A stretch of 64,000 nucleotides of DNA from Chloroflexota bacterium (GTDB lineage: Bacteria; Chloroflexota; UBA11872; VXOZ01), in the NCBI GenBank assembly GCA_963662335.2, contig CAXXVD010000003.1, positions 64,001 through 128,000 of the forward strand, written 5' to 3'. Of this stretch, positions 1 to 11,158 are shown piece after piece. Each line of letters opens with the position of its first letter. The stretch's first letter is position 1. The notes below the pieces were generated by a model. It saw only the letters and a list, made by a program, of their open reading frames with translations. It made no database searches and was not told the origin of the DNA. The position numbers were made by a program, and so were the translations under genes.

Positions 1-1
1 G

Positions 2-367
2 CCCTTCTATGCCGGCCGCGCGCGGCTGAGCCAACAGGTGCACGTTGCCCGCAAGAGCGGCGCCGCGGCGCTGGCGCTCGATGGACTCGACGCTACGGTG
101 ACGATCGTGCGCGTAAACGGCCAGGAGGCCGGCGCAATCGTCTGGCGGCCTCACGAACTCGATATTTCATCCCTGCTGGTGGCGGGCGAAAACACACTGG
201 AACTGGAACTCATCGGCACGCTCCACAACCTGCTCGGCCCGCACCACCACCGCGACGGCGAAATCCTGGGAGTCTCTCCCGCTACGTTCTCCGACTGGCT
301 GAACTGGACGGATGACTACAACTTCGTCCGCTTCGGCGTGGAGCGGGCGCGCATCCGGTTGGAGTGA
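2..367 (+). CDS. C-terminal part of a glycoside hydrolase (beta-sandwich domain as in GH106/GH2-like enzymes); 5' end lies outside the window
   Basis: Frame open from the window edge (PFYAGR...VRVNGQEAG...GENTLELELIGTLHNLLGP), stop at 365-367. Confidence 0.6.
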   Translation, partial: PFYAGRARLSQQVHVARKSGAAALALDGLDATVTIVRVNGQEAGAIVWRPHELDISSLLVAGENTLELELIGTLHNLLGPHHHRDGEILGVSPATFSDWLNWTDDYNFVRFGVERARIRLE

Positions 368-445
368 TGAGGCCGCGAGCGAAGCGCGGTTATGTGGCGG
401 TAGAGCGAACGATCTCTGGAGGGCGAGGCCGGCGGCGGTTATTCT

Positions 446-649
446 CCGTTCGCACTGAGCGCTGCGACCCTTCGGCAAGTTCAGCACAGGCCTGTCGAAG
501 CGCAAACCATTCACTGGGCGAGTCAATTAACTCCCGTTCGCGCTGAGCCTGTCGAAGCGCCGGCCGGGCGCTAGGCCGTTCAGTGAGATTTCCAACGCAT
601 CTATCCACGGAACCATCCGTTCATGGTTCGACAAGCTCACCACGAACGG
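446..649. repeat. REP-like cluster, family E (CCGTTCG..CTGAGCCTGTCGAAG), including nested copies
   Basis: Copies at about 446, 534 and 617-649; same motif at 4008, 14053, 33323, 36956 and 55800-55974. Confidence 0.75.
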
Positions 650-664
650 TCTGGCCTTTGGCGG

Positions 665-2548
665 TCACAGGTGCTCCTTCACCTTCTCCGCCACCGTCCG
701 GTTCATCTTGGGCGCGTCGGACAGCGCCTCCACCGACGCCTCCCGGATCGCGTCCACGCTGCCGAAGTGTTGCAGCAGCGCCATCTTGCGCTTGGTGCCA
801 ATGCCGGGAATCTTGTCCAGCAGCGAGCCGAAACTGTGCTTGGTGCGCACCGTGCGGTGGTAGGTGATGGCGAAGCGGTGCGCCTCGTCACGGACGCGCT
901 GCAATAGCTTGCGCGCCTCGGAGCGCTCTTCCAGCGTGATGGGCCGAGAAGCGCCGGGCAGGAAAATCTCCTCGCGCTGCTTGGCTAGTCCCAGCGCCGG
1001 AATGTCGTGCAGGGCCAGATTTGCCAGCACCTCCAGCACCGCGTTGAGTTGCCCCTTGCCGCCGTCGATCACCAGCAAATCGGGCTTGATGCCCCATGAA
1101 TCCAGGGCGTCCGCCTCCGGCTCTACCGCCCCGTCCTCACGCTGGCCGGTCTCCGCTTCCGCGCGCCGGTCGCTCAGGCGTTTGAGCCGCCGGGTGAGCA
1201 TCTCCTGCAGGCTGGCGTAGTCGTTGGGCCCGTCCACGGAGTTGATGCGGAAGCGCCGGTAGTCGCCCGTGCTCGGCAGGCCGGCCACGCAGACCGCCAT
1301 CGCGCCCACTGTGTACGCCCCTTGGATGTTGGAAATGTCGTAGCATTCGATGCGCGTCGGCGGCGCGTCGAGATCCAGCACGTCGGCCAGTTCGGTCAGG
1401 GCCACCTGCGCCCGTTGCTGGCTGTCCAGGTGGCGCAGCCGGTGGTCGTGCAGGCCCTGGCGGGCGTTGTTGCCCGCTAGCTCCACCAGGCGGCGCTTTT
1501 CGCCAATCTTCGGCACGCTGAGCGTCACCGCGCCGCCGCGCCGTTCCCGCAGCCACGCGCGCAGCAATTCCGCGCCGCGAATGCCCACCGGCAGGAAGAG
1601 CGCCTGCGGAATCTGCATGCTGCGCCCATAGAACTGCTGCAGGAATTCGCGGATCACGTCCCGGTCTTCCTCGTCGGACACGTGCTCCAGGATGAAGTTT
1701 TCGCGCCCCAGCAGGTGGCCGCCGCGAATGCTGAAGACCTGCACGCAGGCCTCATCCTGCTCGCGGGCAAAGCCGATGACGTCGATATCCCCTTGCCGTA
1801 TGTTAGTGATCTTTTGGCGTTCTAAGACACGTTCCACGGCCCGGATGCGGTCGCGCAGGGCCGCCGCGCGCTCGAACTCCAACGTGTCCGAGGCTGCGCG
1901 CATCTCGCCGCGCAGATTCCGGATCACGTCGCCCGGCCGGCCTTCCAGAAAGCGCGTGACCTGCTCGATGATGCCGCCGTAGCCCTCCTGGGTCACCGCG
2001 CCGATGCACGGCCCGGCGCAGCGCTTGATGTGGAAGTCCAGGCACGGGCGCTCGTACTCCTTCTCCATGTCCAGGGCGCACGAGCGGTAGGGAAAGAGCC
2101 GGTTGAGCAGGTTCAGCGTGTCGCGCAGGCTGTAGGCGCTGGTGTACGGCCCGTAGTAGCGCGCGCCGTCGTCCAGGATGCGGCGCGTTGTCAATACGCG
2201 GGGATAGCTCTCGTTCAGGGTGACTTTGAGGTAGAGGAACGATTTGTCGTCGCGCAGCACCACGTTGTAGCGCGGCCGGTGGTGCTTGATGAGATTGCTC
2301 TCCAGCACCAGCGCTTCGATCTCGGTATCGGTGATGATGTACTCCACCGTGGCGGCGTGCTCCACCATGCTGCGGGTCTTCCAGGGCATGCGGTCCTGGC
2401 GGCCAAAATACGACCGCACCCGGTTGCGCAGCAGCTTGGCCTTGCCCACGTAGAGCACCGCGCCCTTGCGGTCGCGAAAGAGGTAGCAGCCCGGCAGCAA
2501 AGGCACGCCGGACATGCGCTCGCGGGCTTCATCTACCGGAATCGACAC
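665..2548 (-). CDS. uvrC: Excinuclease ABC subunit C
   Basis: GIY-YIG N-terminus (PGCYLF...YVGKAK.LRNRVRSYF), UVR motif (LEFERAA.LRD), RIECYDIS, IDGGKGQ, RDEAHRFA, HhH tail; GTG at 2548 has GGAG upstream. Confidence 0.96.
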   Translation of the reverse strand: MSIPVDEARERMSGVPLLPGCYLFRDRKGAVLYVGKAKLLRNRVRSYFGRQDRMPWKTRSMVEHAATVEYIITDTEIEALVLESNLIKHHRPRYNVVLRDDKSFLYLKVTLNESYPRVLTTRRILDDGARYYGPYTSAYSLRDTLNLLNRLFPYRSCALDMEKEYERPCLDFHIKRCAGPCIGAVTQEGYGGIIEQVTRFLEGRPGDVIRNLRGEMRAASDTLEFERAAALRDRIRAVERVLERQKITNIRQGDIDVIGFAREQDEACVQVFSIRGGHLLGRENFILEHVSDEEDRDVIREFLQQFYGRSMQIPQALFLPVGIRGAELLRAWLRERRGGAVTLSVPKIGEKRRLVELAGNNARQGLHDHRLRHLDSQQRAQVALTELADVLDLDAPPTRIECYDISNIQGAYTVGAMAVCVAGLPSTGDYRRFRINSVDGPNDYASLQEMLTRRLKRLSDRRAEAETGQREDGAVEPEADALDSWGIKPDLLVIDGGKGQLNAVLEVLANLALHDIPALGLAKQREEIFLPGASRPITLEERSEARKLLQRVRDEAHRFAITYHRTVRTKHSFGSLLDKIPGIGTKRKMALLQHFGSVDAIREASVEALSDAPKMNRTVAEKVKEHL

Positions 2549-2717
2549 GCGGAATCTCCAATGGCGCACGCACGCATAAGGACTTCCTGTCTTGATATGG
2601 TATCATGGGCGCAGAAGTGATAAGTTTGCGTCAAAGGATACCGTTGGCCTCGTGGCGAGACTGTAGGTGTCGGCTGGAGGAACAATCCGATCGCAGTTAG
2701 AGGAGCAAGAAGAGCGT

Positions 2718-2978
2718 ATGGCTATGCTGGACACGTATCGGGCGTTTGAAGCCCTAACCGGTGCGGGCTTCACGGCAAGTCAGGCCAGAGCCCTTATCGA
2801 CATGGGACGTGAAGGCTACGGCGCGCTGGCGACGAAAGCCGACATTGAAGATATGGCGACCAAAGCCGACCTGCGCGATCTGGAACAGCGCATGACCATA
2901 AAGGTAGGCGCAATGCTCTTCGCGCTAGCGGGTTTGCTGATTGGCGTATTGGTCGCTTTGGAATTGCTGCCGCTCTGA
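2718..2978 (+). CDS. DUF1640/CCDC90-like small coiled-coil membrane protein
   Basis: DTY.AFEALTGAGFT..QA, repeated LATKAD motif, C-terminal TM helix. Confidence 0.7.
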   Translation: MAMLDTYRAFEALTGAGFTASQARALIDMGREGYGALATKADIEDMATKADLRDLEQRMTIKVGAMLFALAGLLIGVLVALELLPL

Positions 2979-3075
2979 CGCGAGCGGGGGCGTATGGCCG
3001 CAAGCTTTCGCGCGTTGCCGGAATCAAGCGCTATTGAGATTTTGCAAGTATTGGCATTCAAGGAGGAGGATCGTC

Positions 3076-3873
3076 GTGCGTAACACCAGGAAGTTCATCG
3101 GCCTGCTCGCGCTGGCAAGCGTGCTGCTCTTGCCGGCGTGCGGGGTTGCGGCGGCGCAGGCCGCGCCCAGCGCGGCTGAGGCGGAAGCGCCGGCCGCGAC
3201 CGCGAGCGAGGGTGGCGAGGAGAAGCAAAGCGAACGCAGCATCTCCGTGTCGGGACAGGGCACGGCCAGCGCCAAGCCCGACCTGGTCACGCTCTCGCTA
3301 GGCGTGCAGGCCACGGGTGAAACGGCGATGGAGGCCTTAGAGTTGAACAGCGAGCAGATGGCCGCCGTCATCGACGAACTGCTGGAAGCCGGCATCGATG
3401 AAGAGGACATTCAGACCTCCGGCATCAACCTCTACCCCGTCTACGACAACGAGCAGCGCTTCGGCTCCAGCGAACCGCGCGAGATCGTGGGCTACCGGGC
3501 GCAGAACACGGTGACCGTGACCGTGCACGAAATCGAAATGGCGGGTGAGGTGCTGGACGCGGCGGTGACGGCCGGCGCGAATACGGTGAGCGGCATCCGC
3601 TTCGGCCTGAGCGACACCGACACGCTCGTCACCGACGCGCTCATCGCCGCCGTGTTGAACGCGCAGGAGAAGGCCCAGACCATCGCCGATACCCTCGGCG
3701 TGGAGCTTGGCGCGGCACTGATGGTGAATGAGGAGTACATCGAGCGCCCGCAGGCGGGGGCGTTCGTAGCCCGGGCGGAGGCGGCCTTCGATAGCGGCGG
3801 CTTTGCCCCGCCGGTGCAGGGCGGCACCGTCGGCGTGACCGCCCACGTGCGCGTGACGTTCGCCATCGAGTGA
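3076..3873 (+). CDS. SIMPL (DUF541) domain exported protein/lipoprotein
   Basis: AGGAGG RBS, signal peptide with LPAC, ISVSGQG....PD, GYRAQNTVTV, GANTVSGI.F. Confidence 0.9.
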   Translation: MRNTRKFIGLLALASVLLLPACGVAAAQAAPSAAEAEAPAATASEGGEEKQSERSISVSGQGTASAKPDLVTLSLGVQATGETAMEALELNSEQMAAVIDELLEAGIDEEDIQTSGINLYPVYDNEQRFGSSEPREIVGYRAQNTVTVTVHEIEMAGEVLDAAVTAGANTVSGIRFGLSDTDTLVTDALIAAVLNAQEKAQTIADTLGVELGAALMVNEEYIERPQAGAFVARAEAAFDSGGFAPPVQGGTVGVTAHVRVTFAIE

Positions 3874-3919
3874 GGCGAGATGCCTGACGGATAAGCGGAT
3901 GGCAAGAAGAGATGGGATT

Positions 3920-3956
3920 AAGAAAGCGGGTCGTCTTGCGACCCGCTTTCTTTTCT
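3920..3956 (+). terminator. Intrinsic terminator, probably bidirectional
   Basis: 14-bp stem AAGAAAGCGGGTCG/CGACCCGCTTTCTT followed by Ts, between convergent genes. Confidence 0.8.
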
Positions 3957-4007
3957 ATATCGGGTTGTGCGTAGAGTTGTTTGTAGAGGAGGGTAGCGCA
4001 ACGCCAG

Positions 4008-4267
4008 CCGTTCGTCCTGAGCCTGTCGAAGGGCGAACGGTTCGGAAGAGCGGGTCGGTGAACGGTGCCAGGAGTTGCGCAAAGCGCGACACAGGCGGGG
4101 GACAAGCCCCCGCGCTACGTACCGTCATTCACGCGCGCGCATTCCGTCATTCCCGCGCACGCGGGAATCCATCTTCACGGCCAGCGTTAGCCCAGGCGGC
4201 GGGGACAAGCCCCGCGCTACAGGCGCTCCACCGCCGGTAGGGGCACGACATGTCGTGCCCCTACCGG
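4008..4267. repeat. Mixed REP cluster: families E, A (x2), D and G
   Basis: GCGGGGGACAAGCCCCCGCGCTAC at 4095-4118; GTCATTCCCGCGCACGCGGGAATCC at about 4146; perfect palindrome 4234-4267 around GTAGGGGCACGACATGTCGTGCCCCTAC. Confidence 0.85.
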
Positions 4268-5088
4268 GTGGGGTTGGTTGGCGCGTAGAGGTCGGGCCGG
4301 CGGTCGTCCAGATAGGTGGCAATCGTGCGCCACTGTTCCCAATCCGGGTGGTTGAGTTCCAGCGACGCCACCGCTACGCCTTCACCTGCGCCGATCTGCG
4401 CCAGGAAGCCGCCGGAGGGGGCGGCGATGCAGGAGTGTCCCAGGCTCTGCCAGCCCTCTTCCACGCCCACGCGGTCGGCCATTGCCACGTGCACCGTGTT
4501 TTCCAGGGCGCGGGTGGCGACCAGGCCGCTGACCACGTTGCCGCCCCAGCCCAGGCCGCGCTGCCAGTCGTTGGTGATCCAATCGGTGCTGTTCAAGATG
4601 ACCTGCGCCCCTTCCAACACCAGGCGGCGGATGTATTCGGGGAATATCAGGTCGTAGCAGATCGTCAGCGCCACGCGGGTACCGCCGATGTCGAACAGGG
4701 CCGGTTCCGTGCCGGGCGTGAACGCCTCGCGTTCCGCCGCAAACAGGTGCACTTTGCGGTACGCCCCGCGCAGGCTGCCGTCGGGCGCAAGCAGCGCGGC
4801 GCTATTGTAGAGGCAGCCCGTGCCTTGCTCGATCATGCCCGCCACCACGTAGCAGCGGTGGCGTGCGGCAATCCGTCCCAGTTCGTCCGTGGTCGGGCCG
4901 GGAACCGGCTCGGCCAGCGCGGCCAGGCGCTGGCCGACGAAGTAGCCGGTGGTTGCCAGTTCCGGCAGCACGCACACCGTTGCGCCCTGCGCCGCGGCGG
5001 CCGCCACCAGGCTCTCGGCGCGCGCCAGGTTGGCGGTCACGTCGCCGAGCACGCAGTCCATCTGCACTACGGCAAGTTTGAAAGACAT
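4261..5088 (-). CDS. Carbon-nitrogen hydrolase (nitrilase superfamily)
   Basis: E-K-C triad motifs VLPEL, YRKVHL, ICYDL.FPE. Confidence 0.92.
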   Translation of the reverse strand: MSFKLAVVQMDCVLGDVTANLARAESLVAAAAAQGATVCVLPELATTGYFVGQRLAALAEPVPGPTTDELGRIAARHRCYVVAGMIEQGTGCLYNSAALLAPDGSLRGAYRKVHLFAAEREAFTPGTEPALFDIGGTRVALTICYDLIFPEYIRRLVLEGAQVILNSTDWITNDWQRGLGWGGNVVSGLVATRALENTVHVAMADRVGVEEGWQSLGHSCIAAPSGGFLAQIGAGEGVAVASLELNHPDWEQWRTIATYLDDRRPDLYAPTNPTR

Positions 5089-5124
5089 CGTTCAATACGC
5101 CTCGTTTCTTGGCCTCACTTCCGG

Positions 5125-5476
5125 TCATGCCGAGCGCGGCCATGTCTCATTCCGAGCACGACCTTGTCTCACTCCGGGCACGACCATGTGTCATTCCGGG
5201 CACAACCATGTGTCATTCCGAGCGCAGCGAGGAATCTCGCGCCCATGCCGCACATAGTCTGTCGGCCTCACCGCACTAGATTCCTCACTCCGCTGTGCTC
5301 CGTTCGGAATGACAGCAATGTGCCGCACCCTGTTCAGAACGCGGTCGAGCGAGTCTGACAACGAATTGGCCAACGTCCAGAGCCCCGAGCGCAGCCAGGA
5401 ATCTATGCGGTCCCGCACTCTTAATACTTCGTCGCAGAATTCATCCTGAGCTTGACGAAGGGCTCCTCAGAATGAC
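5125..5476. repeat. REP family C (GTCATTCCGAGCGCAGCGAGGAATCT) pair preceded by four 22-bp tandem derivatives
   Basis: Units start at 5125, 5147, 5169 and 5191; full copy at 5212; inverted partner ends about 5313; degenerate pair to 5476. Confidence 0.8.
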
Positions 5477-5508
5477 ACGGGGAAGTGCGTTTGAGTCTCA
5501 ACGTCAAA

Positions 5509-5540
5509 CTGGAGAGACGGCACAGACGCCGTCTCTCCAG
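5509..5540 (-). terminator. Hairpin, putative terminator downstream of the solute-binding protein gene
   Basis: 13-bp perfect stem CTGGAGAGACGGC/GCCGTCTCTCCAG, short T run on the minus strand. Confidence 0.5.
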
Positions 5541-5594
5541 CCATAGGCGAAACGTGAACGAGGCCGTCACGCCCGCGCCTGCGGGCAGCCGGCC

Positions 5595-7007
5595 TTACGA
5601 CTCCAGTTCCTGGGTAATGAGCCTGGCCGCTTCCGCCAGCGCGCCGCGCAAGTCCAGTTCGCTCTCGCCGCTCATGGCGTCGCGCACGATTTGGAAGTGC
5701 GGGTTGGAGGCCGTCCAGCGCCGGTAGAACGGGTAGTTCTTGCCTTTCGCGCCCACTTCCGGCGTAACGGCAATCACCGGGAAGTCCTCCACGGCGCTGG
5801 CCCACTCGGGCGAATTGTAGAAGTCCAGCCGCGGCGAGACCTGGTTGACCAGGAGCAGCTTTTGCACCTGGGCCTCCATGCCGCAGATGAAGCGGCTCAT
5901 CTCGAAGGCCATGTCCGGCTGTGCCGTGCCGTCGGGCACCACCATCATGTTGATCCAGGTAGCGCCGCTGGCGTCGCCGTCCTGGCTGGGGCCTTGCGGC
6001 GGCGGCGCGAACCAGAAGTTGAAGCCTTCCTCGAACTCGTCGCGGATGTAGTAGGCCGCCCAGGTGCCCCAGTGGATGGCCGAGCCGCGGCCCTGCGCCA
6101 GGATTTCACGGCCTGACGGGAAGTCGTCGATCAGATCGCGGTACTTCACGTGCTGCTTGGCGCGGTGGTCCGCCACCTCCAGCGCCGCGGCGGAATCGAA
6201 GACCGCCTGGGTGATTTCCTCGTTGTGGATGTCCCCGCCGTTGGCGTAGAGCCAGGCCGCATATTCCGGCAAGCCGGGAATGTGGTAGGTGAAGCCCAGG
6301 CCCTCGTACTTGCCGGCGGCGTTCTTCTTGGCCAGTTTCTCGCTGGCGGCCGCCAGGCCGTCCCAGGTGGCCAGGTCGGCGCCTTCCGGATCCAGGCCCG
6401 CATCCACGAAGTGGTCCTGGTTGATCACGATCACGTAGGAGTCCGGCCCCCAGAAAGAGATGCCAAAGTACTTGCCCTGCGCCCGGCGGTACGGGTTGGC
6501 GCTATCCATGAACTGGTCGGGGCCAACGTCCGGCGCCGCGGCCAGGTGGGAACTCAGGTCCGTCAGCAAGCCGTTGTCCCAGAGGTCCCGCGCCCAGATG
6601 ATGGAACTGTGCATCACGTCGGGCACCACGCGGGCGGCGGCTTCCGTGGTGAGTTTCGCCACGTTCTCGCCAAAGGACACGTGGGAGTAATCGATGTTCT
6701 CCACCTGCGGATTCATTTCGCGGAACGTCTCGCTGGCCCAGATGAACCACTGGTCCCAGGTAGTCGGCGTCTGGCCCACCTGGCGCCAGTCGCGAAACAC
6801 CAGCGTGATCTTCTCCGGCTCCGGCTGCTTGGCCTCCTCTTTCGGCGCTTCGGCTTCCTTCACCTCTTCTTGCGGCGCTTCCGTTGCGGTCCCGGCCTGG
6901 CCGCACGCGGCCAGCAACGCAAACCCGCCCGCCGCCGCGCCGCCGGCCAGAAATCGCCGGCGCGAAAACGCACGTCTTGTCTCTTTGGTATCCATAGTTT
7001 TCGCCAC
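5595..7007 (-). CDS. ABC transporter extracellular solute-binding lipoprotein (family 1, sugar-type), Tat exported
   Basis: SRRRFL twin-arginine motif, LLAAC lipobox, SBP_bac_1-like body; alternative ATG at 6995. Confidence 0.88.
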   Translation of the reverse strand: MAKTMDTKETRRAFSRRRFLAGGAAAGGFALLAACGQAGTATEAPQEEVKEAEAPKEEAKQPEPEKITLVFRDWRQVGQTPTTWDQWFIWASETFREMNPQVENIDYSHVSFGENVAKLTTEAAARVVPDVMHSSIIWARDLWDNGLLTDLSSHLAAAPDVGPDQFMDSANPYRRAQGKYFGISFWGPDSYVIVINQDHFVDAGLDPEGADLATWDGLAAASEKLAKKNAAGKYEGLGFTYHIPGLPEYAAWLYANGGDIHNEEITQAVFDSAAALEVADHRAKQHVKYRDLIDDFPSGREILAQGRGSAIHWGTWAAYYIRDEFEEGFNFWFAPPPQGPSQDGDASGATWINMMVVPDGTAQPDMAFEMSRFICGMEAQVQKLLLVNQVSPRLDFYNSPEWASAVEDFPVIAVTPEVGAKGKNYPFYRRWTASNPHFQIVRDAMSGESELDLRGALAEAARLITQELES

Positions 7008-7100
7008 TCCTTTTCGCTACTATGGACGCGCAAATATGGCTAAAGGATAGTGAAATGTTGGGGACGTGTCAACGTAAGGGCGTTGCGGCGCGCGCTGTGT

Positions 7101-7559
7101 CTACCCGTGCGGCTGGCGCCCGCGAGAGGCGCACCACTCTTCATACGACGGCACGTCCTCACCGACGACGTAGAGGAAGTAGTACGCGCCGGTCTCGCCC
7201 AGGAAGCCGAAGCGCTTGCGCAGGTCTTTGACCGTGGGCTCGAAACCGCCGTGGGAACGCAGGTAGGCCTGAAAGCTGCCGTGTTCTGCTTCCAGGTCGC
7301 GCATTGCCTGGGCGTTCTTTACGATGGCCGCCAGCTTGCGCCGGTTGCGGATGACGCGCTTGTCTTGCGCCAGTTCGTCCAGTTCCTTCTCGCTCAGGAA
7401 GGCAATGGCGACCGGGTCGAAGTCGTGCATTGCCGCCGTGATGTCGGGCCACTTTGCTTCAACCACGGCCCACGACATGCCGCTGTGGAAGACGGCCTTG
7501 CACATGACCGCAAGGTAATCGGCAAGACTCTGCGGTTCGATTTGCTGCGGGGCTTCCAT
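7101..7559 (-). CDS. DNA-3-methyladenine glycosylase I-like protein
   Basis: VFHSGMSWAVV, FDP..IA, VIRNRRKL.AIV.NA, F.FLG motifs of the Tag family. Confidence 0.8.
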   Translation of the reverse strand: MEAPQQIEPQSLADYLAVMCKAVFHSGMSWAVVEAKWPDITAAMHDFDPVAIAFLSEKELDELAQDKRVIRNRRKLAAIVKNAQAMRDLEAEHGSFQAYLRSHGGFEPTVKDLRKRFGFLGETGAYYFLYVVGEDVPSYEEWCASRGRQPHG

Positions 7560-7702
7560 GGTTTGCCTTTCCTAGCGGTCGGGGATGCTGAACGAGGATG
7601 CGCGCCGCCGGGGGAATGCACAGGCGACGGCTCCAGTATGGCGCATTTGGCGGGGCCGGGGCAAGCGGGGCGCGCCGTCATTGGTCGTAGGCGGCGCGCT
7701 CT

Positions 7703-7772
7703 GTCATTCCCGCGCACGCGGGAATCCACTGCGTGGGCGGCGAAGATGGATTCCCGCGTGCGCGGGAATGAC
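7703..7772. repeat. REP family D inverted pair (ATTCCC-N8-GGGAAT, dRS3-like)
   Basis: GTCATTCCCGCGCACGCGGGAATCC and its reverse complement; also at 23001-23080, 31058 and variant 50758-50827. Confidence 0.85.
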
Positions 7773-7904
7773 GGATTCCGTCGCGCTATTCTCAGCGCAA
7801 TGTCGGCCAGGCCAATGGCCCGCTGCGCGGCAGCGGCGGCGGGGAATGCCGGGGCCGCGTTTGTGGGATAGCGCGGGGAGTCGCTATAATCAATGTGACA
7901 CAGA

Positions 7905-8234
7905 ATGAAAGGCGGCACGGTGGCAGAGAATCAAGCGGAAGACGCGGCGATTACCCGCGCCGAGGTGCGGCACGTGGCGAACCTGGCGCGGCTGGCGCTT
8001 TCGGCGGAAGAGGAAGCGCGTTTCCAGCAGCAACTGAGCGGCGTTTTCGCGCACTTTCAGCAGCTCAGCGCGTTGGATACGGAGCGGATTCCGCCCACGG
8101 CGCAGGTTATTCCGCTTAAGAACGTGATGCGGCCGGACGCAGTTGCGCCCTCGCTAGCGGCGGCGGACGTCCTCGCCAACGCGCCGGAGCGCGAGGGCGA
8201 TCAGTTCCGCGTGCGCGCCATCTTGGATTTCTAG
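7905..8234 (+). CDS. gatC: Asp/Glu-tRNA amidotransferase subunit C
   Basis: EVRHVANLARL, MRPD, LANAP..EG..FRV; directly upstream of gatA. Confidence 0.93.
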   Translation: MKGGTVAENQAEDAAITRAEVRHVANLARLALSAEEEARFQQQLSGVFAHFQQLSALDTERIPPTAQVIPLKNVMRPDAVAPSLAAADVLANAPEREGDQFRVRAILDF

Positions 8235-8283
8235 CGGCTTGGCGGCGCGGTCTTGCTCTTGTCGTCTTACGCTGATTTCTACA

Positions 8284-8350
8284 CCCTCTCCCTCAGGGAG
8301 AGGGGACAAGAGCCAGACTTAGCCCTCTTTGTCAGGGAGAGGGGACAAGA
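8284..8350. repeat. REP-like family F (CCCTCTCCC...GGGAGAGGG), two direct copies
   Basis: TCAGGGAGAGGGGACAAGA occurs twice; related motifs at about 16290, 29831, 40872 and 58955. Confidence 0.6.
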
Positions 8351-8407
8351 ACGGGCTTGGTTGTCTGGCAAGTTAGTCGAGAGTTAATCGAGAAACGGCA
8401 TTAATCT

Positions 8408-9894
8408 TTGAACCTCAGCGCACTGACCGTCCGCAAGGCCCAAGAGCGGCTGCGCGGCGGCGATATTACGTCTCTGGAATTAACCGAGGCCGTCCTGGCG
8501 CGGATCGAGGACGTCGACGAGACGATTCAGGCCTACGTGACCGTGACCGCCGAGCGGGCGCGGGCGCAGGCGCGGGCGGCGGATGCACGCCGCGCGCAGA
8601 ACGGCGCTGGCGGGGACACCGGCGTCCCGCCGCTGCTGGGCATTCCCGCCGCCATCAAGGACGTGGTGAGCACCAAGGGCGTGCGCACCACCTGCTCCTC
8701 CCGCATCCTGGAGAACTACGTGCCGCCCTACGACGCGACCGTGATGGAGAAGCTGAACGCGCAGGGCAGCGTGCTGGTGGGCAAGACGAACATGGACGAG
8801 TTCGCCATGGGTTCCAGCACGGAGCACTCGGCCTTCTTTCCCACCCGCAATCCCTGGGATACGGAGCGGGTGCCGGGCGGCTCCAGCGGCGGTTCGGCGG
8901 CGGCGGTGGCCGCGGACGAGGCGCTCTTTGCATTGGGCTCCGATACCGGCGGTTCGATACGCCAGCCGGCGGCCCTCTGCGGCGTGGTGGGCATGAAACC
9001 CACCTACGGCCGCGTCTCGCGCTACGGCCTGGTGGCGTTTGCCTCATCGCTGGACCAGATCGGCCCGCTCACCAAGGACGTTACCGACTGCGCCATCGTG
9101 CTGGCGGCGATCTGCGGCCACGACCTCCGCGACGCCACGTCCGCGCCGGAGCCGGTCCCCGACTGGCCGGAGGAGATGAAGCGCGACGTGCGCGGCCTGC
9201 GAGTGGGCGTGCCGCGGGAGTACTTTGGCGAGGGCATCGACCCGGCGGTCGAGCAGGCGGTGCGCGGCGCGATCGCGCAATTGGCGGCCTTGGGCGTGGA
9301 GGTGGAGGACGTCTCCCTGCCGCACACGGAGCACGCGCTGGCCACCTACTACATCATCGCGCCGGCGGAGGCCAGCGCGAACCTGGCGCGCTACGACGGC
9401 ATCAGGTACGGCTACGCCGCCCAGGACGCCGCGACCATGTGGGAGGCCTATAGCCGCACGCGCGGCGAGGGCTTCGGTTCGGAGGTGAAGCGGCGCATCC
9501 TCATCGGCGCGCACGCGCTCTCCAGCGGCTACTACGACGCCTACTACCTGAAAGCGCAGAAAGCGCGGACGCTGATCGCGGCGGACTTCGAGCAGGCGTT
9601 TACGCGGGTGGACGCCATCGTCTGCCCCACCTCCGCGACCGTGGCCTTCAAGATTGGCGAACGCCTGGACGATCCGTTGAGCATGTACCTCTCCGACTTG
9701 TACACCCTGCCCGGCAACGTGGCGGGACTGCCCGGCATTTCGCTGCCGTGCGGCCTGGTGGACGGGCTGCCGGTAGGGTTACAATTTGTGGGCCGGCCGT
9801 TCGACGAAACTACCCTCTTGCGGTTGGCGTACGCCTACGAGCAAGCCGGCGGCACGCGCTATACACCCGCCCTCTCTCAAGGAGCATCACACAC

Positions 9895-9898
<4 letters not shown>
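8408..9898 (+). CDS. gatA: Asp/Glu-tRNA amidotransferase subunit A
   Basis: Amidase signature [36 protein letters not shown]. Confidence 0.97.
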
Positions 9899-11102
<1,204 letters not shown>

Positions 11103-11106
<4 letters not shown>

Positions 11107-11154
11107 CGCAGGTTTGTAGTTTGCGACTTGGTAGCGCAGGTTTGCAACCTGCGC
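11103..11154 (+). repeat. GTAG-type REP family B (GTAGCGCAGGTTTGCAACCTGCGC), two copies
   Basis: Copies at 11103 (degenerate, contains the TAG stop) and 11131; inverse copies at 17982, 28642 and 59065. Confidence 0.8.
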
Positions 11155-11158
11155 ACAA